In this document: positions 49,320-62,300 of the stretch, one piece after another | How positions within the stretch are numbered: the stretch's first letter is position 1 | Layout of the letters: every line of letters begins with the position of its first letter | Origin: Eledone cirrhosa | Lineage: Eukaryota | Assembly: GCA_964016885.1 (NCBI GenBank) | Contig: OZ024740.1 | Span: forward strand, 206,150,001 to 206,214,000 | Direction of reading: 5' to 3' | Length of the DNA: 64,000 nucleotides | Translations under genes and position numbers: made by a program | The notes under the pieces: generated by a model | What the model was told of the DNA's origin: nothing | Database searches by the model: none | What the model saw: the letters and a program-made list of their open reading frames with translations, nothing else

Positions 49320-50325
49320 TATATATGTGTGTGTGTGCTCATTATGTAGGAGAGGTGTAGGTAGAAACTCCATCCTCTGCCCTATATGCAAACTATGGGT
49401 ACACAAGAGATGTAGTGGGATCTCAGGAAGTTTAGTTAAGAATGTAGGCTTTACATGTAGCAGTTGCACCAGGACAGTAAGCAGGACAATCACTGAAAAC
49501 AAGTGACATCAAAGTCTGGGAGGACTTGGTAAAAACAATACCGAATTAGCAGCGGGGGGGGGGGGGGTGTTCTGAAAGAACGGGATGGAAGAAGTTGAGG
49601 GAGCTACTGCCACAGCTGGATACAAAAGGCTTTTCCCTCAGAATAAAAGGTAGACTGTATGATGTGTGCATATGAACGGCAATGTTGCATGGTAGTGAGA
49701 ACTGGGCGCTGTGTGTAGAAGACTTGCGTAGATTAGAAAGGGATGAAGCTTTTATGCTCCGATGGATGTGTAATAGTAATATACGTGAACAGCAAAGCAT
49801 AAACAAACTGAAAGAGAAACTAGGCATAAGAGGAATCAAATGTTGTGTGCAGGAGAGGAGATTATGTTGGTATGGACATGTGATTCGTATGAAGGATGAC
49901 AGCTACATAAAGTCTCAGAAAGACTTGAGATGAAGTGATAAAAGCCGACCTTGCCCAATTGCACCCCTGAAAGGCAATGACACAGGACCAAGATCTCTGG
50001 CGTTATGAGGTAATACAGAAACCCCAACTTCCCATGGGCCCAGGCCAAGGCTGAAACATACATACAGTATGCACCACTCCATCCCACCCGCCAATATATC
50101 TTTCATGAGAACAGGCTGAAACACTGTAAAGTGGTCGTGATGGTGACACGGTAAAAAACACCCAGTCCACACTGTAAAGTAGTCGTGGAGGAATCACAAC
50201 AAAAAACACCCAGTACTCACTGTAAATGAGCTTGGCATTAGGAAGGGCATCCAGCTGTAGAAACCAAGCCAAAATCAGTTCTTTATGAGCAAGACATGGT
50301 CACCTGACCTAACATTGCCAACAAT
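49320..50325 (+). mobile_element. Deleted RTE LINE 3' part
   Basis: CRRGVGRNSILCPICKLWVHKRCSG and MLHGSENW; 3'UTR homologous to 51545-51850. Confidence 0.85.
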
Positions 50326-50328
50326 AGA

Positions 50329-50706
50329 AGGCACATGGCTCAGTGGTTAAAGCATTGGGCTTGCAATTGAAAGGTTGTGAGTTTAATTCTCGGACCGGGT
50401 GATGTGTTGTTTCCTTGAGCAAGACACTTTATTTCACATTGCTCCAGTTTACTCAGCTGTAGAAATGAGATGATAGGACTGGGGTCCCTACCATTCCACT
50501 GCAAAGTGGTCGTGGAGGTGCCACGGCAAAAATAAAAAATCAGCACTCACTATAAATGAGGTTGGTGTTAGGAAGGGCATCCAGCTGTAGAAATCAAGAC
50601 AGAATCAGTTCCCGTATGAGCAAGACAAGGTCAGCCGACCGGACACTGCCCACAACAGGACAACACATGCTAGCATAGAAGAACTGACATAAAATGATGA
50701 GGATGA
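50329..50706 (+). mobile_element. CORE-type SINE with RTE-derived tail
   Basis: tRNA head TGGCTCAGTGGTTAAAGC; CORE-like CCTTGAGCAAGACACTTTA..CAGTTTACTCAGCTGTAGAAATG; tail shared with the RTE 3'UTR. Confidence 0.8.
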
Positions 50707-51113
50707 AATATAACAGAGTTTTATAGCTTGCTTGAAGCATTGATGAATAGGAAACACCAATTTAAATTTTCAAAACCAAGTTGAGGGCCTTTGAACCCCA
50801 GGCTATTGCAATAGCTGCTCCTGATTTTAGATGTAGAAGACAGGACCTTTGGTACCACACAGTGACGTCCTGTTCGAGAATTGGTCCAGCTCTCGATGCG
50901 AAAGTTTGGTCTTAGTCCCCCCCAAGATTTTCCATATGTATATCATTGCATATCTCTCCCGTCTTCATTCCGAGGAGTAGAGTTTCAGTTCTTTTAGACT
51001 CTCCCAGTAGTTTATCTCCTTCATCGTGGCAACCTTCTTGGTGTAGCTTCATTGGATTGCTTCAAGCTCCATGGTTAGTTTGATACTAGGGGGTGACCAC
51101 AGCTGGGAGCATT

Positions 51114-51470
51114 CATCATTTCATTTTACGTCCACTTTTTTCCTGCTTGCAAGGGTGGGACGGGAACTGATTCTGGCTTGATTTCTACAGCTGGATGCCC
51201 TTCCTAACACCAACCTCATTTACAGTGAGTGCTGGGTGCTTTTTTCCCGTGGCACCTCCACATCCACTTTACAGTGTGGGCTGGGTGCTTCTTTGCCGTG
51301 GCACCTCCACGACCACTTTGCAGTGGAATGATAGGGACCCCAGTCCTATCATCTCATTTCTACAGCTGAGTAAACTGGAGCAATGTGAAATAAAGTGTCT
51401 TGCTCAAGGAAACAACACATCACCCGGTGTGAGAATTGAACTCACAACCTTTCGATTGCAAGGCCAATGT
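51114..51470 (-). mobile_element. CORE-type SINE with RTE-derived tail (inverted copy)
   Basis: Reverse complement of the family at 50329. Confidence 0.8.
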
Positions 51471-51544
51471 TCTCAATATGTATACATATATATATATATA
51501 CTCACACATATATATAAACTAATATATACACACACACACATTAT

Positions 51545-54500
51545 ATCATCATCATCATCATCGCCGTTTTACGTCCGTTCTTCCACTCTAGCATGGGTTA
51601 GACGGGTTGTCCTGTTGTGGGCAGTGTCTGGTCGGCTGACCATGCGTTGCTCATACAGGAACTGATTTGGCTTGATTTCTACAGCTGGATGCCCTTCCTA
51701 ACTCCAACCTCATTTACAGTGAGTGCTGGGTGCTTTTTCGTGGCGCCTACACATCCACTTTACAGTGTGGGCTGGGTGCTTTTTTGCCGTGGCACCTCCA
51801 CGACCACCTTGCTGTGGGGGGTGTGGGGGCATATTGTCTATATGCTTCAGCTTGTACCCATGGGAGGTCGGGTACTCTGTATTACTGCGTGACGCCAGAA
51901 GTCACGGTCGTGTGTCATTGCCTTTGAGAGGTGTAATTGGGTAAGGTTGGCTTTTATCACCTCATCCCAGGTCAACTTGGGTCTCCCCACTCCGCGGTTT
52001 CCATCAACTTCTAGTGCTCTGCACCTTTTTATGCAGCTGTCATCCTTCATACACATCACATGTCCATACCAGCGCAACCGCCTCTCCTGCACACAGCATT
52101 TGATACCTCTTATGCTCAGTCTCTCTCTCAATTCATTTATGCTTTGTCGTTCATGTATATTACTGTTACACATCCATCGGAGCATGCAGGCTTCATTTCT
52201 CTCTAATCTACGTAAGTCTTCCACCTTCAGTGCCCAGGTCTCACTACCATGCAACATTGCTGTTCGGATACACGCATCATACAGTCTGCCTTTCATTCTG
52301 AGGGAGAAGCCTTTTGCAGCTAGCAGTGGTAGTAGTTCCCTAAACTTCTTCCATCCCGTTCTTACCCTAGTTATTGTACTTTCTGAACACCCACCTCCGC
52401 TGCTAATTCGGTCACCTAGGTAGCAGAAGCTGTCTACTGTTTCTACAGAGCCCTCCCAGAGATTGGTGGTACTTGTTTCCTGTGGCTGTTTGCTGCTTGC
52501 TGTGTCAGCACAGCTGCTGCATGTGAAGCCTACATTCTTAATTAAGCTTCCTGAGATCCCGCTACATGTCTTGTGTACCCATTGTTTGCATTTGGGGCAG
52601 AGAATGGTGTTCCTACCTACACCTTTCCTACATACTGAGCAAGGCCATTTCCCTGAGAGGATCTGGGTTCTGTTTTCTCGTCTACTTACAAGGACCTTAG
52701 TCTTTGTCTTGTTGACTTTGAGACCCTTTCTTTCTAGTCCCTGCTTCCAAGTTTGGAATTTATTCTCTAGTTCTACCATAGATCCAGCTATGAGTGCGAG
52801 GTCATCAGCATACAGGAGTTCCCATGGGCATCCGATCTTAAACTGCTCCGTTATTGCCTGCAGGACTATGATGAACAGGAGGGGGCTAAGAACTGAGCCC
52901 TGGTGGACCCCGACCTGTACGCTAAATTCCTCGCTATACTCATTGCTAATCCTAACTTTGCTGACTGCTCCCCTAAATATGGCTTGTACCGCTTTCACAA
53001 GCCATTCATCTACTCCTAGTTTTCTAAGAGCCCACCAGATTACAGCACGTGAAACTCTGTCGAAAGCTTTCTCAAGGTCGACAAATGCCAAGTAGAGTGG
53101 CTTACTTTTAGCTAGGTACTTTTCCTGTAATTGCCTCACAAGGAAGAGGGCATCAGTGGTGCCTCTTCCTGGTACAAACCCAAATTGCATCTCGTCTATT
53201 TTCACCTGGTCCCTAATCAACTGTGCTATAACTCTTTCTGTTACTTTCATGACCTGGTCCATCAACTTTATACCTCTATAGTTTCCTCTATCTAGTGCAT
53301 CGACTTTACCTTTGTAACAGTTGACAATGAGGCTACTGCACCAATCTTTTGGTATGACACCTTCTAGTATTACCTGGTTAACAATACGTGTGGTTATAGT
53401 GTGACCTACAGACCCAGATGCCTCAGCATCTCGGCAGCTATACCCGATGGACCGGTTGCCTTCCCCATCTTCATATCTTTGATTGCCTTACTTACTACGC
53501 TGCTGCTGACTTGTACTGCTGGCCCCTCTATAGGGTCTACTTGGGGTAGGATCTCTTCTTCCCATGCATTCTCCTCATTTAGTAATCTATCATAATGACT
53601 CTTCCATGCATCTTTCTTCTCAGCACTTGTGAGGGCAAGCTCACCTTTATCATTCCGGATACACTTCTCTCCAATGACAATTACAACTATCTCTGACACA
53701 CTGCCTCGCAATCTTGAATACCTCCTGTTTCTGGTCCTCACGTTGCAAAACATGCTTGAATTTTCTATCCTCTGCTTCCCTCCTAGCTAAGTATACTTGT
53801 CGCCTAGCTTCCCTCTTGGTCTCTATGTAATGTACCCTGCTCCCCCCCCCCCGTTCTTCCATTCTTTCCATGCCTGTCTCTTGGCCTTAACTGCTTCATC
53901 TACCTTATTGTTCCACCACCAAGTCACTCTCCTCCTGCTTGAGGTCTTACTCCAGCCACAGACCTCATCCGTCGCCTCTAGTAAATTATTTTTTAGGAAC
54001 TCCCAGTTCTCTTCTACATTAAATGTCTCTATCTGTTCTTCTTTACTGTCGTAGGCGTTGAGTAAAATATCTTTAAATCTGTTACTGGTTGAGGGGACTT
54101 TCAGCTTCCAGATCTTTCTTCTCCCGGTTGGCCTGTTTCCGGGTTCGTCTAGTTCTGACCGTGAGGTCGCTGACAACTAAGCTATGTTGGGGTGTACATT
54201 CCTCACTAGGGAAGGCTTTTGTGTTTACGACCGTCCATCTGTCACGTCCTCTGATGAGGATAAAATCTAACTGACTAGAGTGCTCCCCTGATCTATAGGT
54301 GATCAGGTGGTTGTCGGGTTTTTTAAAGTTTGTGTTACATATCGACATGTCATTGGCGTCGCAGAATTCTAGAAGTCTGAATCCTTCCTCATTCCTTGTG
54401 CCAACCCCATGGCCTCCATGTACTCTATTGAAGCCGCGCAGTGTTTACCTACATGTCCGTTAAAATCTCCTGCGATGATTAGGAAGTCATTGTCGTCTGT

Positions 54501-54672
54501 TAGAGCAGTAGTGTGCATTAGGGACTCGTAAAACCTATCCTTAAGTTCGTCTGACAGCCCCGATTGGGGTGCGTAAGCTGATATTATTGTGGTAATTGTT
54601 TTATTCAGGACTAGTCTGAGTTTAATGATTCTTGCATTTAACTTGTACACTGAGATTACTGTATCTACCCAC
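51545..54672 (-). mobile_element. RTE-clade LINE, 5'-truncated, few disruptions
   Basis: APE motifs (ISAYAPQ, AGDFNGHVG, SQLDFIL), RT motifs (FVDLEKAFDRV, VHQGSVLSP, YADD, FCYLG), 3'UTR and (GAT)n tail. Confidence 0.93.
51847..53265 (-). CDS. RTE reverse transcriptase (open 472-aa segment) with an inserted PHD-like finger
   Basis: RT motifs plus a C4HC3 pattern at 52641-52510. Confidence 0.85.
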   Translation of the reverse strand: MMDQVMKVTERVIAQLIRDQVKIDEMQFGFVPGRGTTDALFLVRQLQEKYLAKSKPLYLAFVDLEKAFDRVSRAVIWWALRKLGVDEWLVKAVQAIFRGAVSKVRISNEYSEEFSVQVGVHQGSVLSPLLFIIVLQAITEQFKIGCPWELLYADDLALIAGSMVELENKFQTWKQGLERKGLKVNKTKTKVLVSRRENRTQILSGKWPCSVCRKGVGRNTILCPKCKQWVHKTCSGISGSLIKNVGFTCSSCADTASSKQPQETSTTNLWEGSVETVDSFCYLGDRISSGGGCSESTITRVRTGWKKFRELLPLLAAKGFSLRMKGRLYDACIRTAMLHGSETWALKVEDLRRLERNEACMLRWMCNSNIHERQSINELRERLSIRGIKCCVQERRLRWYGHVMCMKDDSCIKRCRALEVDGNRGVGRPKLTWDEVIKANLTQLHLSKAMTHDRDFWRHAVIQSTRPPMGTS

Positions 54673-54723
54673 TTGTCATAATATATATATATATTATATA
54701 TATATATAGTAATAATAATACAT

Positions 54724-55280
54724 ATGAAGACTAAAATCCAAAGAGGGCTCGATAGGGATAAATATATATCAATTATATAAGAACCGTAGAGCAAATATTT
54801 ATTAAAATAACAGATTAAAGTTTAAGCAAAGAATCGGCTGCTTTCACCCTTAATGGGATCTTCTGAAACTAAAAAAAAAATCAATCTGTGAATGCAGAAG
54901 TAAATATTTCGAAAAACGTTGCAACCGAAGGAAGACAGGAAGACGATACTTTGGTTCGTGGAGACGTAGTTTTAGGTATTTCTTCTTGCTTGGTACGGGT
55001 ATGTTCTTTGTAGAAATATTCAGATGTTTCTGCATGATGAATATAAGTCAATAGAGTACTCAGTCAAGGGAGCCAAATAGTAATAATAATAAATTTGAAG
55101 ACTAACATCTAAAGAGGACTCGATAAGGATAAATATATATCAAATTTATAAGAACCGTAGAGCAAATATTTATTAAAATAACAGATTAAAGTTTAAGCAA
55201 AGAATCGGCTGCTTTCACCCTTAATGGGATCTTCTGAAACTAAAAAAAATCAATCTGTGAACACAAGTAAATATTTCTAA
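54724..55280. repeat. Direct duplication of an unclassified interspersed repeat
   Basis: 54724-54910 is repeated at 55096-55280; the same family occurs at 26472-26640. Confidence 0.75.
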
Positions 55281-55419
55281 GCCGACCTTTCCCAATTGCA
55301 CCTCTCAAGGGCAATGACACACGACCATGACCTCTGGCATCACACAGTAATACAGAAGACCCGACTTTCCACAGGAACATATAGATAATATTTGTGTTCC
55401 TTTCTTTTTTTATGTCCTA

Positions 55420-56032
55420 TCAACTAATCCGACCTCCAAAATGCTTGCAATTGACTATTTTTTTAGCATATTAACAACAAATATGATTTCCACTGCAATT
55501 AAAAATGACTAGCTTTGACCACCCACTTTCTGCCTTCATTTTTCTACAAAGCTAATCATTGACGATAGGTTTCAAAGTTATATTCATTCATAATATGTGA
55601 AAAAAATAGTCAACTGTGAGCATTGGTGTGATGTAAATGATAGGAGTAGGTGTTCTATAATAAATTTACCATATGGTGAAGTATATGGTGTGGATTAGGG
55701 TAGATTAATGTGCTATGGTGTGATTTGTTATAAGTGAGGATTTAAATTTCCACTTTGATTTATGTTAGAAAAAAAATTTTTTCTTCATTTTTACATGTGC
55801 TATCAACCTCCAAGATGCTCGCAGTGGACTATGCTTTTAGCATATTAACAAAAAATATGACTTCCACTGCAATAAAAATTGACTAGCTTTGTAAATGGTA
55901 TTTCCACCCACATCCTCCCTCTTTTTTCTACAAAACTAGTCATTTTCATCAGGTTTCCATGTCATAACCATTGATAATATGTGCATGAAATAGTAATTTG
56001 CATGCACCATTTATGTCAAATTGGGTGGTAAG

Positions 56033-56064
<32 letters not shown>

Positions 56065-58045
56065 CCAGATGAAGATTTGTCACACCAAAATTAATAACTT
56101 GGTGTGATGTAGTATGGTGTGGTTTGGTGAAGTTTCTACAAAGATAGTCATTTTCGACAGGTTTCCATGTCATAATTACTGATAAGTGGAAAAAAAATAG
56201 TCAATTGGGAGCACCTTTAATGTCAGATTGGGCGGTAAGCGCACACACAAAAAAATAAAGGAAACGGGAAGAAAATGTTTCACACCAAGATCAATAGCTT
56301 GGTGTGATGTAGTATGGTGTAACCTGGTATGGTGTGGGTTGGTTTGGTTTGGTGAAGTTATGAAATGGAAACCAATTGTAAACGATAGATTCCCATGTCA
56401 TATTCATTGATAATGTGTGGGGAAATTGGTCATTTGCAAGCACCTTTGATGTTAGTTTGAGGTGGTAACTACAAAAAAAAAAAAAAACCAGGTAGCAAAT
56501 TTGTCACATTGATATCCATACCATGGTGTGATGTAAATGGTAGGAGTATGTGTTCTGTAATAAATTTACCATATAGTGAACTATGGTTATGGTGTGGATT
56601 GGGGTAGATTAATGTGCTGTGGTGTACTTTGTTATAAGTGAGGATTTAAATTTCCACTTTGATTTATGTTAGAAAAAAAATCTTTACTTCATTTTTGCAT
56701 GTGTTATCAACTTCCAAGATGCTCGCAGTGGATTATGCTTTTAGCATATTAACAAAAAATATGACTTCCGCTGCAATAAAAAATGACTAGCTTTGTAAAT
56801 GATATTTCCACCCACATCCTCCCTCTTTTTTCTGCAAAGCTAGTCATTTTCATCAGGTTTCCATGTCATAACCATTGATAATATGTGCATAAAATATTAA
56901 TTTGCGAGCACCATTTATGTCAAATTGGGTGGTAAGCACAAAAAAAAAAAAAAAAAAAAAAAAATTGCCAGATGAAAATTTGTCACACCAAAATTAATAG
57001 CTTGGTGTGATGTAGTATGGTGTGGTTTGGTGAAGTTTCTACAAAGATAGTCATTTTCAACAGGTTTCCATGTCATAATTACTGATAAGTGGAAAAAAAA
57101 TAGTCAATTGGGAGCACCTTTAATGTCAGATTGGGTGGTAAGCACACACACAAAAAAAAAAAAAGGAAACGGGAAGAAAATGTTTCACAAGATTAATAGC
57201 TTGGTGTGATGTAGTATGGTGTAACTTGGTATGGTGTGGTTTGGTTTGGTTTGGTGAAGTTATGAAATGGAAACCAATTGTATACGATAGATTCCCATGT
57301 CATATTCATTGATAATGTGTGGGGAAAATAGTCATTTGCAAGCACCTTTGATGTTAGTTTGAGGTGGTAACCACAAAAAAAAAAAAAACCAGGTAGCAAA
57401 TTTCTCACATTGATCTCCATACCATGGTGTGATGTAAATGGTAGGAGTAAGTGTTCTGTAATAAATTTACCATAATATGGTGCTGTTTGATATGGTGTGG
57501 TTTGGGGTAGAATAATGTGGTGTGGTGTGCTTTGTTATAAGTAAGGAATTAAATTTCCACTTTGATTTATGTAAGAAAAAAATATTTTCCTTCACTTTTG
57601 CATGTGCTATCAACTAATACAACTTCCAAGATGCTCGCAGTGGACTATGCTTTTAGCATATTAACAAAAAATATGACTTCCGCTGCAATAAAAAATGACT
57701 ATCTTTGTAAATGGTATTTCCACCCACATCCTCCCTCTTTTTTCTACAAAGCTAGTCATTTTCGACAATTTTCCATGTCATAATTATTGATAATATGTGC
57801 GAAAAATAGTCAATTGCAGCACCTTTGATGTCAGATAGGGTGGTAAGAACACACACAAAAAAAAAAAAGAAACAGGAAGAAAATTTTTCACACTAAGATC
57901 AAAAGCATGGTGTGATGTAGAATGGTGTAGTTTGTTGTGGTGTGGTTTGGATTGTTGTAGTTATGACATGGGAACCTATTGCAAATGATAGCTTTCCATG
58001 TTATATACATTGATAATGTGTAAAAAAATATCAGATTGGGTGGTA

Positions 58046-58089
<44 letters not shown>

Positions 58090-58290
58090 AAAAAAAACAG
58101 GAAGAAAAATGTTCTCACTGAGATTAATAGCATGGTGTGATGTAGTTTGGTATGGTGTGGTTTGGTTTGGTATGGTTTAGTTTGGTGGAGTTATAACATG
58201 GAAACCTATCATAAATTTACCAAGGTATGGTATAATCTGGTTTGGTGTAGTGTAGGTTAGTGTGGTGTGGTGTGTTATTGTGTTGCATCG
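55420..58290. repeat. Complex satellite, ~904-bp higher-order period
   Basis: TTAAATTTCCACTTTGATTTATGT recurs at ~55742, ~56646 and ~57549; units are built from related ~200-bp subunits with pentamer tracts. Confidence 0.85.
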
Positions 58291-58397
58291 TATAGCATGA
58301 TTCTCTTTAAATTAAAATCATTAAAATGTAATGCCTATCTTCTATATCTTAAAGAGTGACCTTAAATGTGATTGCAAATGACTTTTTCTCTGGATTA

Positions 58398-61300
58398 ATG
58401 TTAGATTTAGGGTTAGTGTTAGGGTAAGTTTTACTGTTAATGGTAAGTTTATTGTTAGTGACTGTGTTACTGTTAGCATTACTGTCACTGTTAGTGTTAC
58501 TGTAACTGTTACTCTTACTGTTACTGTTTGCATTACTGTCTGCATCAGCGTTAGCATTTACATAAGCGTCTATGTAAGCTTTTGTGTTAGTGTCTATGTA
58601 GACTGGTGTTAGCATCTGCGTTAGTGTTTGGATTAGCCTTAGTGTTTGCGTAAGTGTCAGCGTCTGCATTGGTGATAGTGATTGTGTCAGCATTTCCCTT
58701 AGCGTCTGAGTCAACATTAGTGTTTGTTTCAGTGCCTACGTCTACGTCAGCTTCTGAGTCAGCATTATCATTAGCGTCCGCGTCAGCATGCACGTCAGCA
58801 TTTGCATTAGTGTTTGAGTCAGTGTTAGCATCAACGTTTGCATTTGTGTAGGGGTTAGCATTTGTGTCAGCACCAGCATTCACATTCACATTAGCGTTTG
58901 CGACAGCATTTCCTTTAACGTCTTTGTCAGCATTTCCGTTAGCGTCTGTGTCAGTGTTTCCGTTAGCTTCTACGTCAGTGTTTACGTTAGCGTCTGTGTC
59001 AGTGTTTCCGTTAGCTTCTACGTCAGTGTTTACGTTAGCGTCTGTGTCAGTGTTTCCGTTAGCTTCTACGTCAGTGTTTACGTTAGCGTCTGTGTCAGTG
59101 TTTCCGTTAGCTTCTACGTCAGCATTTCCGTTAGCATCTATGTCAGTGTTTCCGTTAGCTTCTACGTCAGCATTTTCGACCGCGTCAGTATTTACATTTA
59201 CATCAGCATCAGCGTTTCAGTTAACGTCTGTTTACGTTAGCGTCTGTGTCAGCGTTTACGTTAGCGTCTGTGTCAGCGTTTCCGTAACGGCTACGTCAGC
59301 GTTTTCCGTTAGCATTGGCGTTTCCATTAACCTTTCCTGTGGCGTCCGCATCATTGCAGCGTCTGCATCTCCCATATAGGCGTTAACTTCACCATTTGCA
59401 TTTACCTTAGCCCTAGCGTCCGCATCAGCATTTGCGTTAGCGTCAGCATACACGTCAGCACCGGCAAAACTGCCTCAACATTTGCGTCAGCCTTAGCTTG
59501 GCTTTGGCTTCAGCAATCCGCATCAGCAATTGCGTTTTGGAGATCAGCTTCGGCGGTAAGGGTAAACGCTAACTTCTACGCCTGCTTCTACGTAACAACT
59601 ACGTCAGCGTTTTGTTAGCTTCTACGTCAGCGTTTACGTTAGCTTCTACGTCAGCATCTACGTTAGCTTCTACATCAGCATCTACGTTAGCTTCTATGTC
59701 AGCGTATACGTTAACATCTATGTTATCGTTTACGTTAGCTTCTACATCAGCATCTACATTAGCTTCTACGTCAGCGCTTACATTAGTGTCTGTGTCAGCG
59801 TTTGTGTTAGCTTCTACGTCAGCGTCTGTATTTACATCTACATCAGCGTCAGCGTTTACATTTGCGTCTGTATGATCGTTTACGTTAGCGTCTGTGTCAA
59901 CATGTGTTAGCATCTGTGTCAGCGTTTATGTTAGCGTCTGCGTCAGTGTTTATATTAACATCTGCGTCAGTGTTTACGTTAGCATCTGTGTTAACGTGTG
60001 TTAGCATCTGTGTCAGCGTTTATGTTAGCGTCTGCGTCAGTGTTTATATTAACATCTGCGTCAGTGTTTACGTTAGCATCTGTGTCAACGTGTGTTAGCA
60101 TCTGTGTCAGCGTTTATGTTAGCGTCTGCATCAGTGTTTATATTAACATCTGCGTCAGTGTTTACGTTAGCATCTGTGTTAACGTGTGTTAGCATCTGTG
60201 TCAGCATTTTCATTAGTGTTTGCATCAGTGTTTGCTTTAGCTTCTACGTCAATGTTTACGTCTGCGTTAAGGTTCACATTAGCATCGCTGTCATCGTTTG
60301 CGTCAGCATTTACGTTTGCTTTAACATTTGCATCAACATTTGTGTCTGTGTTTACATTAGTGTCTGCATTTGCTTTAGTGTTTGCATCAGCGTGAACATT
60401 TGTGTCAGTGTCCACATCAGTGTTAGAGTCTGTGTAGCATTTACATCAGCGTGTGCGTCAGAGTCTTTGTCAGCATTCGCCTTTGCACCTGTATCAGTAT
60501 TCACGTTAGTGTTTGTGTCAGCATAAGCAATTGTGTCAACATTTGCGCTAGCGTTTGTGCCAGCATAGCCATCTTCGTCAGTGTCAGCGTTGGCGTTAGT
60601 GTTTCCATTAGTGTTCGTATTTGATTTTGTATTAGTGTTAGCATTTTTGTTAGTGTTAGTGTTCAGGTTAGTGTTAGTGTTAGTGTTTAGGTTAATGTTG
60701 ACTTAGTTTTCTGGTTAGTGTTAGTTTTCAGATTAGGACTCGTGTTACTTTTAGTGTTAGTGCTCAGGTTAGTGGTTTATGGTAGTTTTAGTTTTAGTGT
60801 TCAGGTTAATGTTCGTGTTAATGTCAGTTTTAGTGTTAGTGTTTACGGAAGTGTTGGTTTTAGTGTTAGTGTTAGTGTTAGTGTTTTATTTTGTGTTAAT
60901 GTTTGTGTTAGTGTTTCCATTAGTGTTAGTGCTAGTCTTTGTTTTTCTGTTAATGTTAGTGTTTGTTTTAGTGTTGAGGTTAATGTTAGCTTAGTTTTCT
61001 GGTTAGTATCAGTTTTAGTGTTAGTGTTCAGGTTAGTGTTAGTGTTTTTTTTAGTGTTAGTTTTTATGGTAGTGTTAGTGTTAGTGCTCATATCAGTGTT
61101 AGTGTTTGTGTTACTGTTTATGGTAGTGTTAGTTTTAGTGCTAGTGTTTAGGTTAATGTTAGTTTTAGTGTAAGTGTTCAGGTTAGTGTTAGTGTTAATG
61201 TTAGTTTTAGTGTTAAGGTTAGTGTTAGAGATTGTGTTAGTGTTTGTTTTTGTGTTAATATTTGTGTTAGTATCTCTGTTAGCATTAGTGATTGATGTTT

Positions 61301-62300
61301 CCATTAGTGTTAGTGATTGTGTTAGCGTTAGTCTTTGTTTTTGTGTTAATGTTAGCATTAGTATTTCTGTTAGTGATAGCATGAGTGTTTGTGTTAGTGT
61401 TCAGGTTAATGTTAGCTTAGTTTTCAGGTTAGTGTTAGCGTTCAAGTTAATGTTAGTTTTAGTGTTAGAGATTGTGTTAGTGTTTGGTTTTGTGTTAATA
61501 TTTATGTTAGTATCTCTGTTAGTGTTAGTTTTAGTGTAAGTGTTCAGGTTAGTGTTAGTGTTCAAGTTAATGTTAGTGTTAGTTTTAGTGTTAAGGTTAG
61601 TGTTAGAGATTGTGTTAGTGTTAGTATTTGTTTTTGTGTTAATATTTGTGTTAGTATCTCTGTTAGCATTAGTGTTTGATGTTTCCATTAGTGTTAGTGA
61701 TTGTGTTAGCGTTAGTCTTTGTTTTTGTGTTAAGGTTAGCGTTAATGTTAGCATTAGTATTTCTGTTAGTGTTAGCATTAGTGTTTATGTTAGTGTTCAG
61801 ATTAATGTTAGCTTAGTTTTCAGGTTAGAGTTAGTGTTCAAGTTAATGTTAGTTTTAGTGTTAGTGTTAGAGATTGTGTTAGTGTTTGTTTTTGTGTTAA
61901 TATTTGTGTTAGTATCTCTGTTAGCGTTAGTGTTTGTTTTAGTGTTGAAGTTAATGTTAGCTTAGTTTTCTGGTTAGTATCAGTTTTCAGATTAGTGTTT
62001 GTGTTAGTGTTAGTGCTCAGGTCAGTGTTAGTGTTTATGGTAGTGTTAGTTTTAGTGCTAGTGTTCAGGCTAATGTTTGTGCTAATGTTAGTTTTAGTGT
62101 AAGTGTTCAGGTTGGTGTTAGTGTTTACGGTAGTGTCAGTTTTAGTGCTGATGTTCAGGTTAGTGTTAGTGTCAGTTTTAGTGTTAGTGTTCAGGTTAGT
62201 GTTTGTGTTAGTTTTCAGATTTTGTGTTTGTGTTAGTTTTCATGTTAGTACTAAGTTCACTGTTAGGGCATGTGTGAGTGCAAGTGTTAGGGTAAGTTAT
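58398..62300. repeat. Degenerate hexamer tract (TTAGTG / TCAGCG variants)
   Basis: Continuous 6-bp periodicity with 24-, 48-, 94- and ~366-bp higher-order duplications. Confidence 0.9.
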
